Origin: Malacoraja senta
Taxonomy: Eukaryota
Direction of reading: 5' to 3'
DNA: 64,000 nucleotides
Assembly: GCA_038087875.1 (NCBI GenBank)
Contig: CM075990.1
Span: 15,812,001 to 15,876,000 of the forward strand
Shown here: piece after piece, positions 62,643 to 64,000 of the stretch
Position numbering within the stretch: position 1 is the first letter of the stretch
Layout of the letters: every line of letters begins with the position of its first letter
Notes under the pieces: model-generated
Told to the model about the DNA's origin: nothing
The model's input: the letters and a program-made list of their open reading frames with translations, nothing else
Database searches by the model: none
Made by a program: the position numbers and the translations under genes

Positions 62643-62985
62643 AGGTAGACAAAAAATGCTGGAGAAACCCAGCGGGTGAGGCAGCATTTATGGAGTGAAG
62701 GAATAGGTGACGTTTCGGTTCAAGACCCTTCTTCAGACTGATGTGGGGGTAGGGGGGGGGGGGGCGGGAAGAAGAAAGGAAAAGGCGGAGACAGTGGGCT
62801 GTGGGAGAGCTGGGAAGGGGAGGGGAAGGAGGGAGAAAGCAAGGACTACCTGAAATTGGAGAAGTCAATGTTCATACCGCTGGGGTGTAAACTACCCAAG
62901 CGAAATATGAGATGCTGCTCCTCCAATTTGCAGCGGGACTCACTCTGGCCATGGAGGAGGCCCAGGACAGAAAGGTCGGACATTT
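62643..62985 (-). mobile_element. Penelope 3' fragment (GIY-YIG tail and hammerhead)
   Basis: Reverse strand encodes DLSVLGLLHGQSESRCKLEEQHLIFRLGSLHPSGMNIDFSNF; reverse-strand ctgaagaagggtcttgaaccgaaacgtc at ~62709-62736. Confidence 0.82.
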
Positions 62986-62989
62986 TTCA

Positions 62990-64000
62990 GACCTTGGGTA
63001 TTATTGGCAAGGCCAGCATTTACTGCCTATCTCTAAATTGCCCTTGTGGAGGTTGGAGTGAGCTGCTTCCTGGAACCCTTTAGGTCCTTCAGGTGACAGT
63101 GCTTCCATTGTGCAGTTGGATACGGAGGTCCAAGATTTAGACCTAATGACAATGAAGGAACAACAATTTATTTTGGGTCAGAATGGTTACAGCGGCAGGC
63201 AATGGTGTTCACATGCATCTGCTGTTCTTCCCCTTCGTGGTGATGGAGATATTGATTGGGGAGGGGATGTTAGCAAACTTAGGTGAGTAACTGCAGTGTA
63301 TTTTGAAGCTGGTATGTCCTGCAGCCACAGTGTACCAGAGGTGGTGGTAATAAACATCATGGATGGTGTATCGGGTACCAGTCAAGTGAGCTGTTTTGTC
63401 CTGGATGGAGTTGAGTTTTTTGAACACTGGACACACACTCATCAAGACCTGTGGAAAGAATTGCCTCATGCTCGCGTGGGAAAGAAGTGCAGATGCTGGT
63501 TTACACCGAAGATAGAAACAAAATGCTGGAGTTACTCAGCAGGACAGGCAGCATCTCTGGGGAGAAGGAATGGGTGACATTTCGGGTCGAGACTGAAGAA
63601 GGATCTCGACCCGAAACGTCACCCATTCCTTCTCTCCAGAGATGCTGCCTGTCCCGCCGAGTTTCACCAGCATTTTGTGCCTCGTGCTCTTGCCTTGTGC
63701 TTTCTAGATGAGGGGAAGGCTCTGGAGAATTAGGAGTAATTAATTCTCCAGAAGTTATACAGTCTCTGACCTGTCCTTGTATCCATGTCATTGACATGAG
63801 CACACGATGCTGGGCAATGATGACGCTAAGGATGTTAATGCTGGGCGACTCAGCAAAGAGAACCCCATGGAAGATGAACAGAAAGTAGTTAGACTCTCTC
63901 AATGGGGATAGTCATTGCCTGACACTTCTGCACCACAAAGGTACTGCCTGCTTCTGCCTGAATGTTGGCTAGGTCCTGATGTCTGCTTGCCACACCATAA
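62990..64000 (-). mobile_element. Ancient degraded CR1/L2-group LINE 3' end, interrupted by a fold-back Penelope element (~63480-63680)
   Basis: Relic KKLNSIQDKTAHL..VAAG..KIHC; inverted arms at 63480-63680 with ctgaagaaggatctcgacccgaaacgtc. Confidence 0.5.

Overview
Repeat-dense vertebrate DNA with no bacterial-type genes and no complete host gene. The repeats (HE1-type V-SINEs, HER1/CR1 LINEs, Penelope termini) point to a cartilaginous fish, probably a skate or ray; this is inference. The window holds one apparently intact full-length CR1 LINE (- strand, ~41155-46103) with tandem-repeat arrays in its 5' UTR. It also holds fragments of CR1, L2, Rex1, L1/Tx1, Vingi-like, Crack/Daphne-like and Penelope elements, several MITEs, and many Penelope-derived termini carrying minimal hammerhead ribozyme motifs. 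The top finding is a 2.85-kb non-autonomous DNA transposon (17387-20231, 13-bp TIRs, 7-bp TSD) that splits a CR1 fragment. It carries two copies of what looks like TDP2 exon 1 (UBA-like domain): one complete with ATG and splice donor, one truncated. There is a 200-N assembly gap at 60315-60514. Most short ORFs in the track are spurious. Family names come from recalled motifs, not database searches, and boundaries of degraded repeats are approximate.
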